Below, one piece after another: positions 16,483 to 27,270 of a stretch of 63,895 nucleotides of DNA; the first letter of the stretch is position 1; every line of letters starts with the position of its first letter. The stretch is from contig JAKSVI010000005.1 in assembly GCA_024408095.1 (NCBI GenBank), positions 1 through 63,895 on the forward strand, read 5' to 3'. Position numbers and translations under genes: made by a program. Under the pieces are notes generated by a model. That model was not told the DNA's origin. It made no database searches and saw only the letters and a list, made by a program, of their open reading frames with translations. This DNA is from Bacilli bacterium. Lineage in GTDB: Bacteria > Bacillota_I > Bacilli_A > RFN20 > CAG-826.

Positions 16483-17337
16483 ATGAATAACATTAATCAA
16501 TACATTTTCGACATCACCCACTTCTTAGCTCACGTTAGAGACACTCTTGAATATGTATTACCAAGAGAACATGATGTAAAAGTCTATGAACAACGTAAAG
16601 CCGTTATTTATAAGGGCTTAGAAAGTGATACCCCATTAGGTAGATTTTTTGCTGCTAATCAAGAAAAGACTAAAGAATTACAAGATAAATTAAAAGATTT
16701 AGCAGAAGATCTATATAACGATAATAGTGCTGTTATTTCTAAAACAGGAGATGGAAAAATAAGAGTAGATCACACTCAACATTTAAGAATTTATGAGCAC
16801 GTTAATGATGTTATGGAACAATTAAGAGATATCTTATTTTTCCATCTCTCATTAGCGAAACAAAAAAATGAATCAGATCCTGAAATAGAACAATTATTAG
16901 TGATTGATGATAGATATTATCGTTTATTCTCTACCATTCTTTTGATTCAGGATTTCCAAAAATCATTCGCTGAATTCCAAAAAGTAATGGGAGAGAGCCA
17001 AGGCAAACCAACTCCTCAATCAAATTACATTGTTCAAAATGAAATATCTAAATACGCTAATATAATTCGTAATATTAGAAGTCGTGCTCATTTTATCGAC
17101 AATGCTACACTTGATGTATTAGATAATACTATCAAGTTGATTGAGATGACCGAAGGCCGTAGAGAAAGAAGAGATAACAAACTCTTCCCAGATCTATTTA
17201 AAGAAGTAATAGACTCATTAAATAGTTCCTTTAGAGTAGTACAACCAGAATGGCAAAAACTATTCCAAAAGAAATTAGATGAAATGTTAAAACAAATAAG
17301 AGAAAATTCTAATAAAGCCTCTAATCCACAAGCTTAA
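16483..17337 (+). CDS. hypothetical helical protein
   Basis: 284-aa ORF with AAGGAG RBS, coupled to the upstream gene; no family recognised. Confidence 0.75.
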   Translation: MNNINQYIFDITHFLAHVRDTLEYVLPREHDVKVYEQRKAVIYKGLESDTPLGRFFAANQEKTKELQDKLKDLAEDLYNDNSAVISKTGDGKIRVDHTQHLRIYEHVNDVMEQLRDILFFHLSLAKQKNESDPEIEQLLVIDDRYYRLFSTILLIQDFQKSFAEFQKVMGESQGKPTPQSNYIVQNEISKYANIIRNIRSRAHFIDNATLDVLDNTIKLIEMTEGRRERRDNKLFPDLFKEVIDSLNSSFRVVQPEWQKLFQKKLDEMLKQIRENSNKASNPQA

Positions 17338-17474
17338 TATAGTAAGTTAGTTAATTAGAGAAGGCTTTATTAGAATTAGATTATTGTTATATAAATACAT
17401 AAATTGATATTACCTATTAATATATTTATATATAATAATAAGGATATAAGAATCACAAAGGAGAAAATCTAAAG

Positions 17475-17870
17475 ATGAATAAGAATGAATTAGATAATAA
17501 AAAGCAAAATAAGAAATTACCATTATCCATTCCTGAACTTGTTTGCTATGTTGTTAGCCTATTAGTGGGCATATGGGGTATTACATATATCATTATTGGT
17601 TTAATAGGAGAAAACCTTCCTTATTCAGATTCCTTATATCAGGCTAATATAAACTTCAAATCTACATTTGGTTTAGACTTCTTTGGTTGGGGATTAATTA
17701 TCCTTGCTATTGCTACTTTATTTGCAGTTATTATTTTATGTGCAGTCGCTAAAACTAAAGATCGTGCATATGAAAAAGAACAAAGAAGAGCTGCTCGCCT
17801 TGCCCAACTTAAAGAAGCAAGAAAGAACAATGATGATTCTGTTGTAGATGCAGAATTTGAAAAGAAATAA
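17475..17870 (+). CDS. hypothetical membrane protein (2 TM)
   Basis: AAGGAG RBS; two hydrophobic helices; terminator at 17891-17915. Confidence 0.75.
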   Translation: MNKNELDNKKQNKKLPLSIPELVCYVVSLLVGIWGITYIIIGLIGENLPYSDSLYQANINFKSTFGLDFFGWGLIILAIATLFAVIILCAVAKTKDRAYEKEQRRAARLAQLKEARKNNDDSVVDAEFEKK

Positions 17871-18026
17871 ACATCAAATTCAATTAAAATAAGTCCCTTT
17901 TGCTGGGGCTTTTTTCATTTTTTATTTGATCTATTAATTTTATAATTTAATATTTTTTATTTGTTTATAAGGAAACCAGTTTTATTTTCATAGAAATTTA
18001 ATATAATACCAAAAGAGGTATTTATT

Positions 18027-20618
18027 ATGAAAAATAGGATATTATTTCTTCTTTTAATGGTTTTTGTTGTTACTGGTTGTAACACACGTGGCCCTCAAGG
18101 AATTCAAGGTGAAGTTGGCCCCCAAGGTCCAGCAGGTCAAGATGGTAGAGATGGTGTTTCTGTAGTTTCTATAGAAAAAACTTCATCAGATGGACTCGTC
18201 GACACATACACAATTAGTTATTCGAATGGAACATTTGATAGTTTTACAGTAACTAATGGTGCTAATGGTTCTAATGGTATAAATGGCCAAGATGGCAAAC
18301 CTGGAGCTGATGGCAAAGATGGTGCAGATGGTCATTCACCAATTGTTACAATAGGAAATGATGGTTATTGGTATATTGATGGAGAAAAAACAGAATTTAT
18401 AGCCCAAGGCCCTAAAGGAGATACAGGCGCACAAGGTCCCCAAGGAGAACAAGGCCCCCAAGGTCCAGCAGGTCAAGATGGTAAATCAATCGTTTCTATA
18501 ACCAAAACACAAACAGATGGTCTAACAGATACTTATACTATTGTTTATTCTGACAACACGACTAGTATATTTACTGTAACTAATGGGCAACAGGGCGCAC
18601 AAGGAATTCAAGGTGTACCTGGAAAAGATGGAATAACTCCAGAAATTTATATAGGCGAAAATGGTAATTGGTTTATTAATGGAGTTGATAGCAATGTGAA
18701 AGCAGTTGGATCGGATGGAAATACTACTTGGTCAAATTTTATTGAATACAACGATAAAATTAATGTTTCATATCTTCCTAAGAAAGGAAGTTTTTTGGTA
18801 GGAGAATTCATAACTTTTACTTTTTCTATTAAAACCGAATATATAGATGATTATGAACTATCAGCTATTGTTTTAAATGAAACGATTATTAATGTGGATG
18901 AATTAAACAAAAACGGAAATGAATATTCATATCCAACAACAATGATTGAAGGAGGGTACTATGTTAAGCCGATTGTATCAAAAATTAATCATAGTAAAAC
19001 AGTGGAATTAGATGGATTTAATTTAACTATTTCTCATAAGCCAGGTGTTTATTACAATTCTTTTGATTTATCGTTTAAAGTGAATACAAATAAGGATATA
19101 AAAATCAAATATTCACTCGATTGTTCTGAAGTAAGTGAAGATTCATCAAGTTTTTTAACTCCTATTGAAATAAGAGAAGATACAAATTTTTCCAATAGTG
19201 ATTATATACTTACAAATAAAGTGATTGGCGAATATAACTTTTCAAGTGCAAAATCACAAGGATACATTGATAAAGTTATTAATACAGGCAATTATCCACA
19301 CATATCACATTCTAATGTTGTTAATTTAAAATTGTATTATCAAGGGAAAGAAATATATAAAACCACGTTAAATTATTTAGTTACAAAAAATGAAACATTA
19401 AGAAATAATCCTGTTATTTTTGTAAACATGCCAGATCAAAAATGGATAAATGATGCAGATGATGACAAGACTGGATTTGGAAATGGTTTATATAATTGTT
19501 TCAAATCTGAAAACGAAGAAAGGGCAAATATATATTTTAATGATGGGAAAGAGCAAGAATTCGAAGTTAATTCTCAAATTAAAATAGGAGGCAATTATAC
19601 AAGGGGGTATCCGCAAAAAACACTTAATTTAAATTTTAAAAAGAATGAGTATGGCGAAAAACAGTCAGCTATCAAATTAGATTTATTCAACGGTACCGCT
19701 AGAAATTATGAAAATAAAAAAATTGAAAACTTTAAGCGTTTTAGGATTTGGAATAGGGGAAATAATTTTGAGACACAATTTCTTTGTAACGATATTATTT
19801 GTCAAGATGTAGCGAGAAAGTTGAATTTAAAGGTTGCAACTTCTGGACATCGTGAATGCTTTGCTTATTATAATGGCGAATTTTGGGGTGCATATTATTT
19901 AAGAGAAAAAGTTTCATCAGAATATATTGAAAGCCATTATGGTGTGGATAAAGATGATATTGTTGTTTTTAAAAATAATCAGATAGACGATGGAGACAAT
20001 ACTGAAAAAGCCCAACAAATATATGATGAAATGATTAATTATTTAACCAACAATAGTTTGGCAATCGACAGCAACTACAATTATTTCATTGATAAGTATA
20101 TTGACATTGATTCATATGTTGACTACATTTCTTACTGTGCATATATCAACGCTCAAGATTTTATCGGAAACAACAACAACAATGTAATGTGGCTGACAAC
20201 AAAAAGTAAAAAGAAAGAATTTTATGATCAAAAATTTAGATTTGTATTATATGATTTAGATTCGTGTGTTGGAAATAAATTAACTAACCAAAATGTTTTA
20301 GACCCAGATTATAAGTATAATTGGTATAACGATTTGTTATTTTCATCTATGATAAAAAATGATAAGTTTAGAAATTCCCTTTATACAAAAGCAATTGAAT
20401 ATAGAGACATGCATTTAGCTAATATGTTTATAGATGAAATAAATGAAATTTCAAAAACGTTTTTAGAATTATATAAAATGCATATACAAAGATGGCAAAG
20501 TACATATGATTTTAATGAAGCGTCCGCCTATCTTAATTTTTATAACAACGAACAATCACCTATATTTAAAAACAGGGATGAATTATTCATTGATGTTGTT
20601 AATAAATATATTTTGTAA
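18027..20618 (+). CDS. lipoprotein with collagen-like repeats and C-terminal CotH-family kinase domain
   Basis: Lipobox VTGC; four Gly-X-Y runs; CotH-like motifs KIGGNYTR..QK.LNLNF, YYNGEFWGAYYLREK, N.QDF..NN, FVLYDLD. Confidence 0.82.
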   Translation: MKNRILFLLLMVFVVTGCNTRGPQGIQGEVGPQGPAGQDGRDGVSVVSIEKTSSDGLVDTYTISYSNGTFDSFTVTNGANGSNGINGQDGKPGADGKDGADGHSPIVTIGNDGYWYIDGEKTEFIAQGPKGDTGAQGPQGEQGPQGPAGQDGKSIVSITKTQTDGLTDTYTIVYSDNTTSIFTVTNGQQGAQGIQGVPGKDGITPEIYIGENGNWFINGVDSNVKAVGSDGNTTWSNFIEYNDKINVSYLPKKGSFLVGEFITFTFSIKTEYIDDYELSAIVLNETIINVDELNKNGNEYSYPTTMIEGGYYVKPIVSKINHSKTVELDGFNLTISHKPGVYYNSFDLSFKVNTNKDIKIKYSLDCSEVSEDSSSFLTPIEIREDTNFSNSDYILTNKVIGEYNFSSAKSQGYIDKVINTGNYPHISHSNVVNLKLYYQGKEIYKTTLNYLVTKNETLRNNPVIFVNMPDQKWINDADDDKTGFGNGLYNCFKSENEERANIYFNDGKEQEFEVNSQIKIGGNYTRGYPQKTLNLNFKKNEYGEKQSAIKLDLFNGTARNYENKKIENFKRFRIWNRGNNFETQFLCNDIICQDVARKLNLKVATSGHRECFAYYNGEFWGAYYLREKVSSEYIESHYGVDKDDIVVFKNNQIDDGDNTEKAQQIYDEMINYLTNNSLAIDSNYNYFIDKYIDIDSYVDYISYCAYINAQDFIGNNNNNVMWLTTKSKKKEFYDQKFRFVLYDLDSCVGNKLTNQNVLDPDYKYNWYNDLLFSSMIKNDKFRNSLYTKAIEYRDMHLANMFIDEINEISKTFLELYKMHIQRWQSTYDFNEASAYLNFYNNEQSPIFKNRDELFIDVVNKYIL
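18117..18483 (+). repeat. 31-bp exact direct repeat in the collagen-coding region (18117-18147 and 18453-18483)
   Basis: GGCCCCCAAGGTCCAGCAGGTCAAGATGGTA seen twice. Confidence 0.9.
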
Positions 20619-20775
20619 TCGTTATTAAATATTAATTGTATTAGATTGTAGAAAAAGATCTAACTGCTTTTATATGTAACTCTTGTTCTTAACATCATAT
20701 GGAAATTATTAGCACTTTAAAAACTGCATTGTTTGATATTTCGTAATTTATTATTCACGTATAAGTGAAATTTTA

Positions 20776-20804
20776 TTGAAAATATAAAATGAGTGAGATA
20801 ATAT
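20776..20804 (+). promoter_or_regulatory. sigma70 promoter of the polysaccharide cluster
   Basis: TTGAAA-N17-TATAAT. Confidence 0.7.
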
Positions 20805-20823
20805 TCATTACGGATTATTACAA

Positions 20824-21246
20824 ATGAAAAAGAAATATAAAATTGGTTATACTACTGGTGTATTTGACATGTTCCATATAGGACATTTAAATTTGTTGAA
20901 GCAAGCAAAAAAAATGTGTGATTACTTAATTGTGGGTGTTTCTACAGATGAAAATGTTATGAATTACAAAGGAAAAACGCCTATTATTACATTCAAGGAT
21001 AGAGCAGAAATTGTTAAATCTATTAAGTATGTGGATGAAGTGGTTCCACAACAAAACATGGATAAATTCCAAATGTGGGAAAAATTAAAATTTGATGTTT
21101 TGTTTCATGGCGATGATTGGAAAAACTCCGACATGTATAATGATTTAATCGACAAATTTAAAAGCGTTAATGTTGATGTTGTTTTCCTAAAACATACTGA
21201 TGGCATATCTTCTACTGAATTAATAAAAAAATGCCAATCCAAATAA
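20824..21246 (+). CDS. cytidylyltransferase (TagD-like)
   Basis: GVFDMFHIGH (HIGH motif), VGVSTD, HGDDW, HTDGISST. Confidence 0.92.
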   Translation: MKKKYKIGYTTGVFDMFHIGHLNLLKQAKKMCDYLIVGVSTDENVMNYKGKTPIITFKDRAEIVKSIKYVDEVVPQQNMDKFQMWEKLKFDVLFHGDDWKNSDMYNDLIDKFKSVNVDVVFLKHTDGISSTELIKKCQSK

Positions 21247-21395
21247 TAAATCATTATATTTTTAACGAAAACTTATAATATCAACCTTTTCTTTTTGTTC
21301 TACGTATTCAATTATTATATTATTGCTTAACTAATTATAAATTAGTAATATTATAACAAACTAACGAAAAAGAAAGTTTGGATTTGAGGATTATT

Positions 21396-22196
21396 ATGGA
21401 TAATTATTATGTAAATGATATTAGTTGTGAAATAATTCAAAAGAGAATATTTGATATCGCCCTTGAGATTAAACGAATTTGTGATTTGCACAACATTCAA
21501 TATGTTTTGGATGCAGGAACATTGTTAGGTGCTGTTCGACATGGTGGTTTTATACCATGGGATGATGATTTTGATATTGCGATGACTCGCGATAATTATG
21601 AAAAATTTAGAAATGCCTGTTTTAAAGATCTCGGCAAAGACTTTTTCTTGCAGGATAATACTACAGATAAAAAATATCCATTTGATTTTTTGAAAATAAA
21701 GCTGAATAACACAAAATATACAGAACCTTGTATGGTTGGATTGAATGTGAGAGACGGTGTGTATGTTGATGTTTTCCCAATTGATAATGTGACGAAACAT
21801 TCTTCTAATATTCAAGCTAAAATGATATCTTTCATACGTAATGTTAGATGGACCAAAACGCATTATAAATGCCAACCATTATATAAAAAAATTATAACAT
21901 TTGGGTTTTCTTTGTTTCCGTTGTCGTGGATTAATGGCTATGCAAATCATATTTTAATGTTAAAGAACAAAAAACAAACAAATCTAGTAAGAAAGCTTTG
22001 CCATCCCGGCAAAAGAAAACCTGCCGAGCCATTATCCCTATATATAGATACACAAGATATATCTTTTAATGGTGTTAATTTTAAATGTCCTAAAGATTAT
22101 AAAATTCTTTTAGAAAATAGATACGGTGATTTTATGAAACTACCACCAGTAGAAAAAAGACAACCCACCCACGGAATTATAGAAATAAAATTATGA
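21396..22196 (+). CDS. LicD-family phosphotransferase
   Basis: GTLLGAVRHGGFIPWDDDFDIAM, VDVFPID; GAGGA RBS. Confidence 0.93.
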   Translation: MDNYYVNDISCEIIQKRIFDIALEIKRICDLHNIQYVLDAGTLLGAVRHGGFIPWDDDFDIAMTRDNYEKFRNACFKDLGKDFFLQDNTTDKKYPFDFLKIKLNNTKYTEPCMVGLNVRDGVYVDVFPIDNVTKHSSNIQAKMISFIRNVRWTKTHYKCQPLYKKIITFGFSLFPLSWINGYANHILMLKNKKQTNLVRKLCHPGKRKPAEPLSLYIDTQDISFNGVNFKCPKDYKILLENRYGDFMKLPPVEKRQPTHGIIEIKL

Positions 22197-23743
22197 TTAA
22201 AAAAGTCGCTGGATCAAATATTTTTAGAACAATGCTTATAATGACGTTAATTGTTATAGGCGTAAAACTTATTGGTTTTGTAAGAGAGAGCGTTCTTGCA
22301 TATTGCTATGGCACATCTAATATAGCTGATGCTTTTATAATTGCGTTTTCGATACCATCTGTTTTGTTTTCTGCGCTAGGGAAAGCTGCTAGTACCACTT
22401 TTATTCCTGCATTCATGGAAACAGAAAAAAAAGAAGGTAGAGATCGAGCATTTTCCTTCCTAACTGCATTTTGTATAATTGGTCTAATAATTTGTGCAGT
22501 AATTGTTATTGTTATACTCGTATTCCCGAATTTTATCATATCAATTTTTGCTAATGGTTTTGATGCGGAAACTTCTTTAATTTGCAAAGATATTTTATTA
22601 GTTGGTTGTTCATCAATTTTCTTTATGTTGCTATCTAATATTTTTGTTTCGTTCATACAAGTTAGAAAACATTATATTTTATCTGCAATCATTAGCCTAC
22701 CTTTAAATATCATCCTCATTATTGCTATCTTTTTAAGTACAAAATTCAATTATATTGTGTTGGGTTTTGGAATTCTTCTTGCCTATGCATCTGAACTTAT
22801 TTTGTTAATACCAATTTTGCGCAAAGAAAAATTCAAAATAGCAAAGCCGACAAAATGCGGTAAATTATTAAAATCATCAGTAATTGCTGCAATTCCTGTT
22901 TTGATTGGTTCTTGTGCTGCACAAATTAATCATATGGTTGATAAATCTATTGCCTCATCTACTGGTGTTGGTGGTGTTTCGATTTTAAATTATTCCTCGC
23001 TAGTTAATGTTTCTGTACAAGAATTAATTATAACAAGCCTATTGAGTGTAATTTTTGTTGAATTTACCAAGTTGATTATCGATAACAACATTGACCAATT
23101 AAAAAATCAAACTAATAAAATGTTTGGTTTGGTTTGTGCAATTATGATTCCTGTTACTTTCGGAATAATATATTTTAGCGAACCAATCATTAAAATTCTT
23201 TTTTATAGAGGATCTTTCGATGAAAATTCATTAATTCAAACATCTTCGTGTCTAAAATGGTATGCAATTGGGATATTTTTTACCGCTACCAGAGATATTA
23301 TTGTGAAAATGTACTACTCTTATAAAAAAACATTAATACCAGCAATAAATTCAATTGTTACTATCGGGATTAATATAGGTTTAAATTTTTGGCTTGCCTC
23401 TATTATGGGTGTTTATGGTATTGCTCTTGCAACGTCAATTTCTGCCATTCTTTCTACTATATTTTTAATAATTACATTTAGTAGAAAATTCTTTCCAATT
23501 ATTAATCGAAAACTATTATATAAGTTTTTTATTTGTAGTTTAACAGGATTTTTATCTTGCTTGTGTGGCTCTAAAATATTTGAGTACACAAATCAAAATA
23601 TGCCATACTTTATTTCGCTTATAGTTGGAGCAGTAATTGCTATTGTAATTTATATGATTTCATTAAAATCTTTAAAAATTGATGATTTTGACTATTTGTT
23701 TTCTAAACTCTTTAGAAAGGTTAAACGAAATGAAACTAATTAA
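22193..23743 (+). CDS. MurJ/MviN-like flippase (MOP superfamily)
   Basis: GFVRE..LAY.YG....DAF..AF.IP and FYRGSFD motifs; about 14 TM. Confidence 0.85.
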   Translation: MIKKVAGSNIFRTMLIMTLIVIGVKLIGFVRESVLAYCYGTSNIADAFIIAFSIPSVLFSALGKAASTTFIPAFMETEKKEGRDRAFSFLTAFCIIGLIICAVIVIVILVFPNFIISIFANGFDAETSLICKDILLVGCSSIFFMLLSNIFVSFIQVRKHYILSAIISLPLNIILIIAIFLSTKFNYIVLGFGILLAYASELILLIPILRKEKFKIAKPTKCGKLLKSSVIAAIPVLIGSCAAQINHMVDKSIASSTGVGGVSILNYSSLVNVSVQELIITSLLSVIFVEFTKLIIDNNIDQLKNQTNKMFGLVCAIMIPVTFGIIYFSEPIIKILFYRGSFDENSLIQTSSCLKWYAIGIFFTATRDIIVKMYYSYKKTLIPAINSIVTIGINIGLNFWLASIMGVYGIALATSISAILSTIFLIITFSRKFFPIINRKLLYKFFICSLTGFLSCLCGSKIFEYTNQNMPYFISLIVGAVIAIVIYMISLKSLKIDDFDYLFSKLFRKVKRNETN

Positions 23744-24437
23744 TGCAGATGACTTTGGATATTCTGAAGCTGATTCTGTGGTTATTAATCAGCTTATAAA
23801 TAATAATATTATTCAGACTACAACCATTATGGTGAATGCCCCTTATTTTTATAATTCATTAAAAATTATTGATTTTGACAAAAATAAAGTTGGACTTCAT
23901 TTGTGTTTGACTGAATTTAAACCTTTATCTGATTCTATAAAAAATAACAAAAAATTTGTTATTAACGGACATTTTTACAATAATCCCAATCTTAGAGGTA
24001 TTAAAGGATTTTTTTATCTTAGTAAAAAAGATAAAAACGATTTGCAAAAAGAAATTGAATCACAAATGCTTTTATTTAGAAAGTACTTTCCTACTAGCAA
24101 CTTTTTAGATTCACATCATCACATACATACATGTTTTGGAATTTTGCAAATTGTTGTCAAATTAGCAAAAAAATATAATTTTAAAAGGCTCAGAATATCA
24201 AAAAACATCGATTCTAGCAATTTTTTAAAAAATATTTATAAAACTTTAATAAATACTTATATTAGAAGTAATTTCCCATATTCGTTCAAATATTTTGCAG
24301 ATTCATCTAATAATTCTTTAAAAATTTGTTATAATCTAAAAGATAATATTGAAATTATGGTTCATCCATTTAAAGATGAATGTGGTGTTATTAAAGATAA
24401 ACTAACTGGGACAAATATAAATGAAATTAATTTCTAA
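23730..24437 (+). CDS. ChbG/YdjC-family carbohydrate deacetylase
   Basis: INADDFG, GLHLCLTE, DSHHHIH, EIMVHP. Confidence 0.9.
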   Translation: MKLINADDFGYSEADSVVINQLINNNIIQTTTIMVNAPYFYNSLKIIDFDKNKVGLHLCLTEFKPLSDSIKNNKKFVINGHFYNNPNLRGIKGFFYLSKKDKNDLQKEIESQMLLFRKYFPTSNFLDSHHHIHTCFGILQIVVKLAKKYNFKRLRISKNIDSSNFLKNIYKTLINTYIRSNFPYSFKYFADSSNNSLKICYNLKDNIEIMVHPFKDECGVIKDKLTGTNINEINF

Positions 24438-27270
24438 TGTTAAAGACAAATTTATATATATATTTTCAGCTATTAAACCTAAAAATTATTTTTCATTTTC
24501 AAAATATAAGAAAATTTTATGGAATATAGTTTTTTTCTTAATGCTAATCACAGTCGTTTTGACTGTTTTTTTACAAACACCTATTTTCGCTTCACATAAT
24601 ATAAACAAATTTGGTGATTTGCTTTGGATTGTTGTCTTAGTTTTTTTAATTTTATTTGACTATAGAACTTTTATTAATAGGCTTATAAAGGTTGTTGTAC
24701 TTTCTTTGCCATTTTTACTCTATTTGCTTATTGCTTTTTCAACTGGCCTTCCTGCATTTAATGGGTCTTCATTGACGACATCGATATTTTTGTCGTTATT
24801 TATGTTATTACTTTTTTGGACATATTCGACAAATGTAAACGCTAAGCAATTAAAATTTTTGATGTTTTGTTATTTAGCTTCATGTTTGTTGCTTGCTGTA
24901 ATTGTATATTTTTCTGTTCTTAGAGGCGCAGATATTTCTAGTTCTGTATATGCTTATTCTTCTAAAAATTCAACCGGACCTATTTTGCTTATTGGAATCA
25001 TTTTTTCATATTTTTTGTTTAACAAAAATGGGGTTAAATATCTGTTGATTAGACTTATCATTTATTTATTTCTTTTTGTAATGATATGTCTTATGAAGTG
25101 TAGGACCGCAATTATTGCCGGAATCATTGTATTTATTATTTTGTTTAGATTTCAATATAAAAGTAATACTGCTTTTATTATTCTTTTATCATCTATTATG
25201 GTTTTTGGAATACTAATTCTTACAGTTCCATTTTTGAGAGAACATATATTAAATAATATATTATTTAATGGAAAGTCTAATCCAACATATTCAGATTTAT
25301 TTTCAGGGCGTTTTGAAATAATTGCACAACGTATTGTTCTTGTCAAAGATAATTTATTTTTAGGAACGTGCTCTACTTATTTTGATTGCATGCCTTTATT
25401 GGTTTTTGTTAATTATGGAATTATTGGGACTATTTGTTTACTACCAATACTAATCATACCGTTTTATTTATTTAGGAACGTGCTTGTGTACCACGAAAAG
25501 AAACACTTTATTAGCAGATTGAGCATTATTTTTATTGTTATGTTTGGTTTTTGTTCGTTATTTGAAGGATTAATCCCCTTTGGACCTGGTGCTGAAACAT
25601 TTATCTTTTGGTGTGTTCTAAGCATAAATTATATTGATCCAATAGTCACTAATAATAAGATTGTATATTTAACGAATAGTATTTCATATAGTGGTTCAAA
25701 AAAAATATCTTTAAAAAGTTTTACATATGGACTAATTATTTTCTCTTCAGCAACTCTAATTATTTTTACATCGATTACTCCTGTTTTTACATCATTATCT
25801 TCAACTGTTTATGGCCTCCTTCCTGCACAATCGGCATCAATACAATATGCTCCTGTAGAAGAAGTAAATATTATTGGTCCCGATGTAATGTGTGTTGGAC
25901 AAAAAATAAAGTATGAAGCTAATGTTTATCCTTTAAATGCAACCGATAAATGTGTTAGATGGGACTGTTGGGGCGCTCCTGATATTTTAACAATTGATAA
26001 GACAACTGGAGTGGCTCAAGCCAAATCGCCATCTACAGCTTTAACAATTGTTTCTACGTCCGCAAAAATAACAAGTATATATGGAAAAAAATTAATTAGT
26101 ATTGTAAGGCCTGAAGACTATGATTTTGGTAATATTGAAATCAAACTTGAAAGAAATACACCGTTTTTAATCGGAAACACCGATCAAATTTTTTACGATA
26201 TAGATAAAGTCCCTTGCAAAAATCTTATAACTTTCACTAGTTCTGATCCTGAAATAGTTCACGTTGACAGTAATGGTAAATTGACATACCTATCATCTGG
26301 TCAGGCAAATATTTGGATGAACATCAATAATAAAATGCAAAACAAATCTAATAAATTACTCATAAATGTTGACAATCATACGGCTCAAAAAGTCGTCTCT
26401 ATTGATTGTAATTTACCAAATACCATATACGAAAATACGCCTTATGAACTAGAATGTTTATTTAATGAAGGCGTATCCGACAAAGGAATCCAACTCATCT
26501 CAAACCATTTAAATTTTAATTATGTCGACAATAAAATTACATTTCTTGGTAGTGGAACAACTAATTTCATAATTAAATCATGTAACAATCAAAGCGTTTT
26601 TAAATCGATTGACTTAAATGTAATTCCGAATAAATTAATTAAATTTAGATATTCCGGCTCAACGTGGTGGCAAGTTGGTCACTTTGAAAAACTAAAAATA
26701 GATGCTGTATATGAAAATGGTTATTCACGGCCAATTACAGATAAAGATATAGTGCTAACAAACAATGATTATAATTTTAGAGCTTGGCATAATAAAAACG
26801 GTCTTTGTTCAGATGAAATTTCCGCAATTGCAATAGTTAATGGTACTTTAAAATTAACTTTTTCCAGCAAAACAGATCGTTCTATCGTTTTAGATTTGTC
26901 GATAACAACTAATAAATTTTCAAAAGAACAATTTAATCAAAATGCAAGAATTTTAGGAGGATGGATTTTCCTTATTCTATATGTTTTTGTATTCTTAATA
27001 TCTTTTTGCTATCGATCCTCAAGATATTTTACTAACAAAATTCTTTGTATGCTTCTTTTTGCTTTATATGTTCTAGTTTTCTTTCTGATTTATGGTTTTT
27101 CTCTACCAATGTTGATTGTTTCGTGTTTGTTGTTGCTGATCTATTTTATATTATCTTTGATAGTTATGTTTAAAACAAAAAAACAATCTATATGTTTAAT
27201 CAATGATTGTGAACTAAATGACAGCATAAACAAAGTCCGATATAATGAAAGAAGGAAAATTAAAATATGA
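24421..27270 (+). CDS. Wzy/O-antigen-ligase-like polymerase fused to Ig-like domains and C-terminal TM helices
   Basis: N-terminal ~410 aa multi-TM with KCRTAI and SGRFEI; Ig-like (Big_2-type) strings VYPLNATDK.V.W and FTSSDPEIVHVDSNGKLT; 3 C-terminal TM helices. Confidence 0.72.
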   Translation: MKLISNVKDKFIYIFSAIKPKNYFSFSKYKKILWNIVFFLMLITVVLTVFLQTPIFASHNINKFGDLLWIVVLVFLILFDYRTFINRLIKVVVLSLPFLLYLLIAFSTGLPAFNGSSLTTSIFLSLFMLLLFWTYSTNVNAKQLKFLMFCYLASCLLLAVIVYFSVLRGADISSSVYAYSSKNSTGPILLIGIIFSYFLFNKNGVKYLLIRLIIYLFLFVMICLMKCRTAIIAGIIVFIILFRFQYKSNTAFIILLSSIMVFGILILTVPFLREHILNNILFNGKSNPTYSDLFSGRFEIIAQRIVLVKDNLFLGTCSTYFDCMPLLVFVNYGIIGTICLLPILIIPFYLFRNVLVYHEKKHFISRLSIIFIVMFGFCSLFEGLIPFGPGAETFIFWCVLSINYIDPIVTNNKIVYLTNSISYSGSKKISLKSFTYGLIIFSSATLIIFTSITPVFTSLSSTVYGLLPAQSASIQYAPVEEVNIIGPDVMCVGQKIKYEANVYPLNATDKCVRWDCWGAPDILTIDKTTGVAQAKSPSTALTIVSTSAKITSIYGKKLISIVRPEDYDFGNIEIKLERNTPFLIGNTDQIFYDIDKVPCKNLITFTSSDPEIVHVDSNGKLTYLSSGQANIWMNINNKMQNKSNKLLINVDNHTAQKVVSIDCNLPNTIYENTPYELECLFNEGVSDKGIQLISNHLNFNYVDNKITFLGSGTTNFIIKSCNNQSVFKSIDLNVIPNKLIKFRYSGSTWWQVGHFEKLKIDAVYENGYSRPITDKDIVLTNNDYNFRAWHNKNGLCSDEISAIAIVNGTLKLTFSSKTDRSIVLDLSITTNKFSKEQFNQNARILGGWIFLILYVFVFLISFCYRSSRYFTNKILCMLLFALYVLVFFLIYGFSLPMLIVSCLLLLIYFILSLIVMFKTKKQSICLINDCELNDSINKVRYNERRKIKI

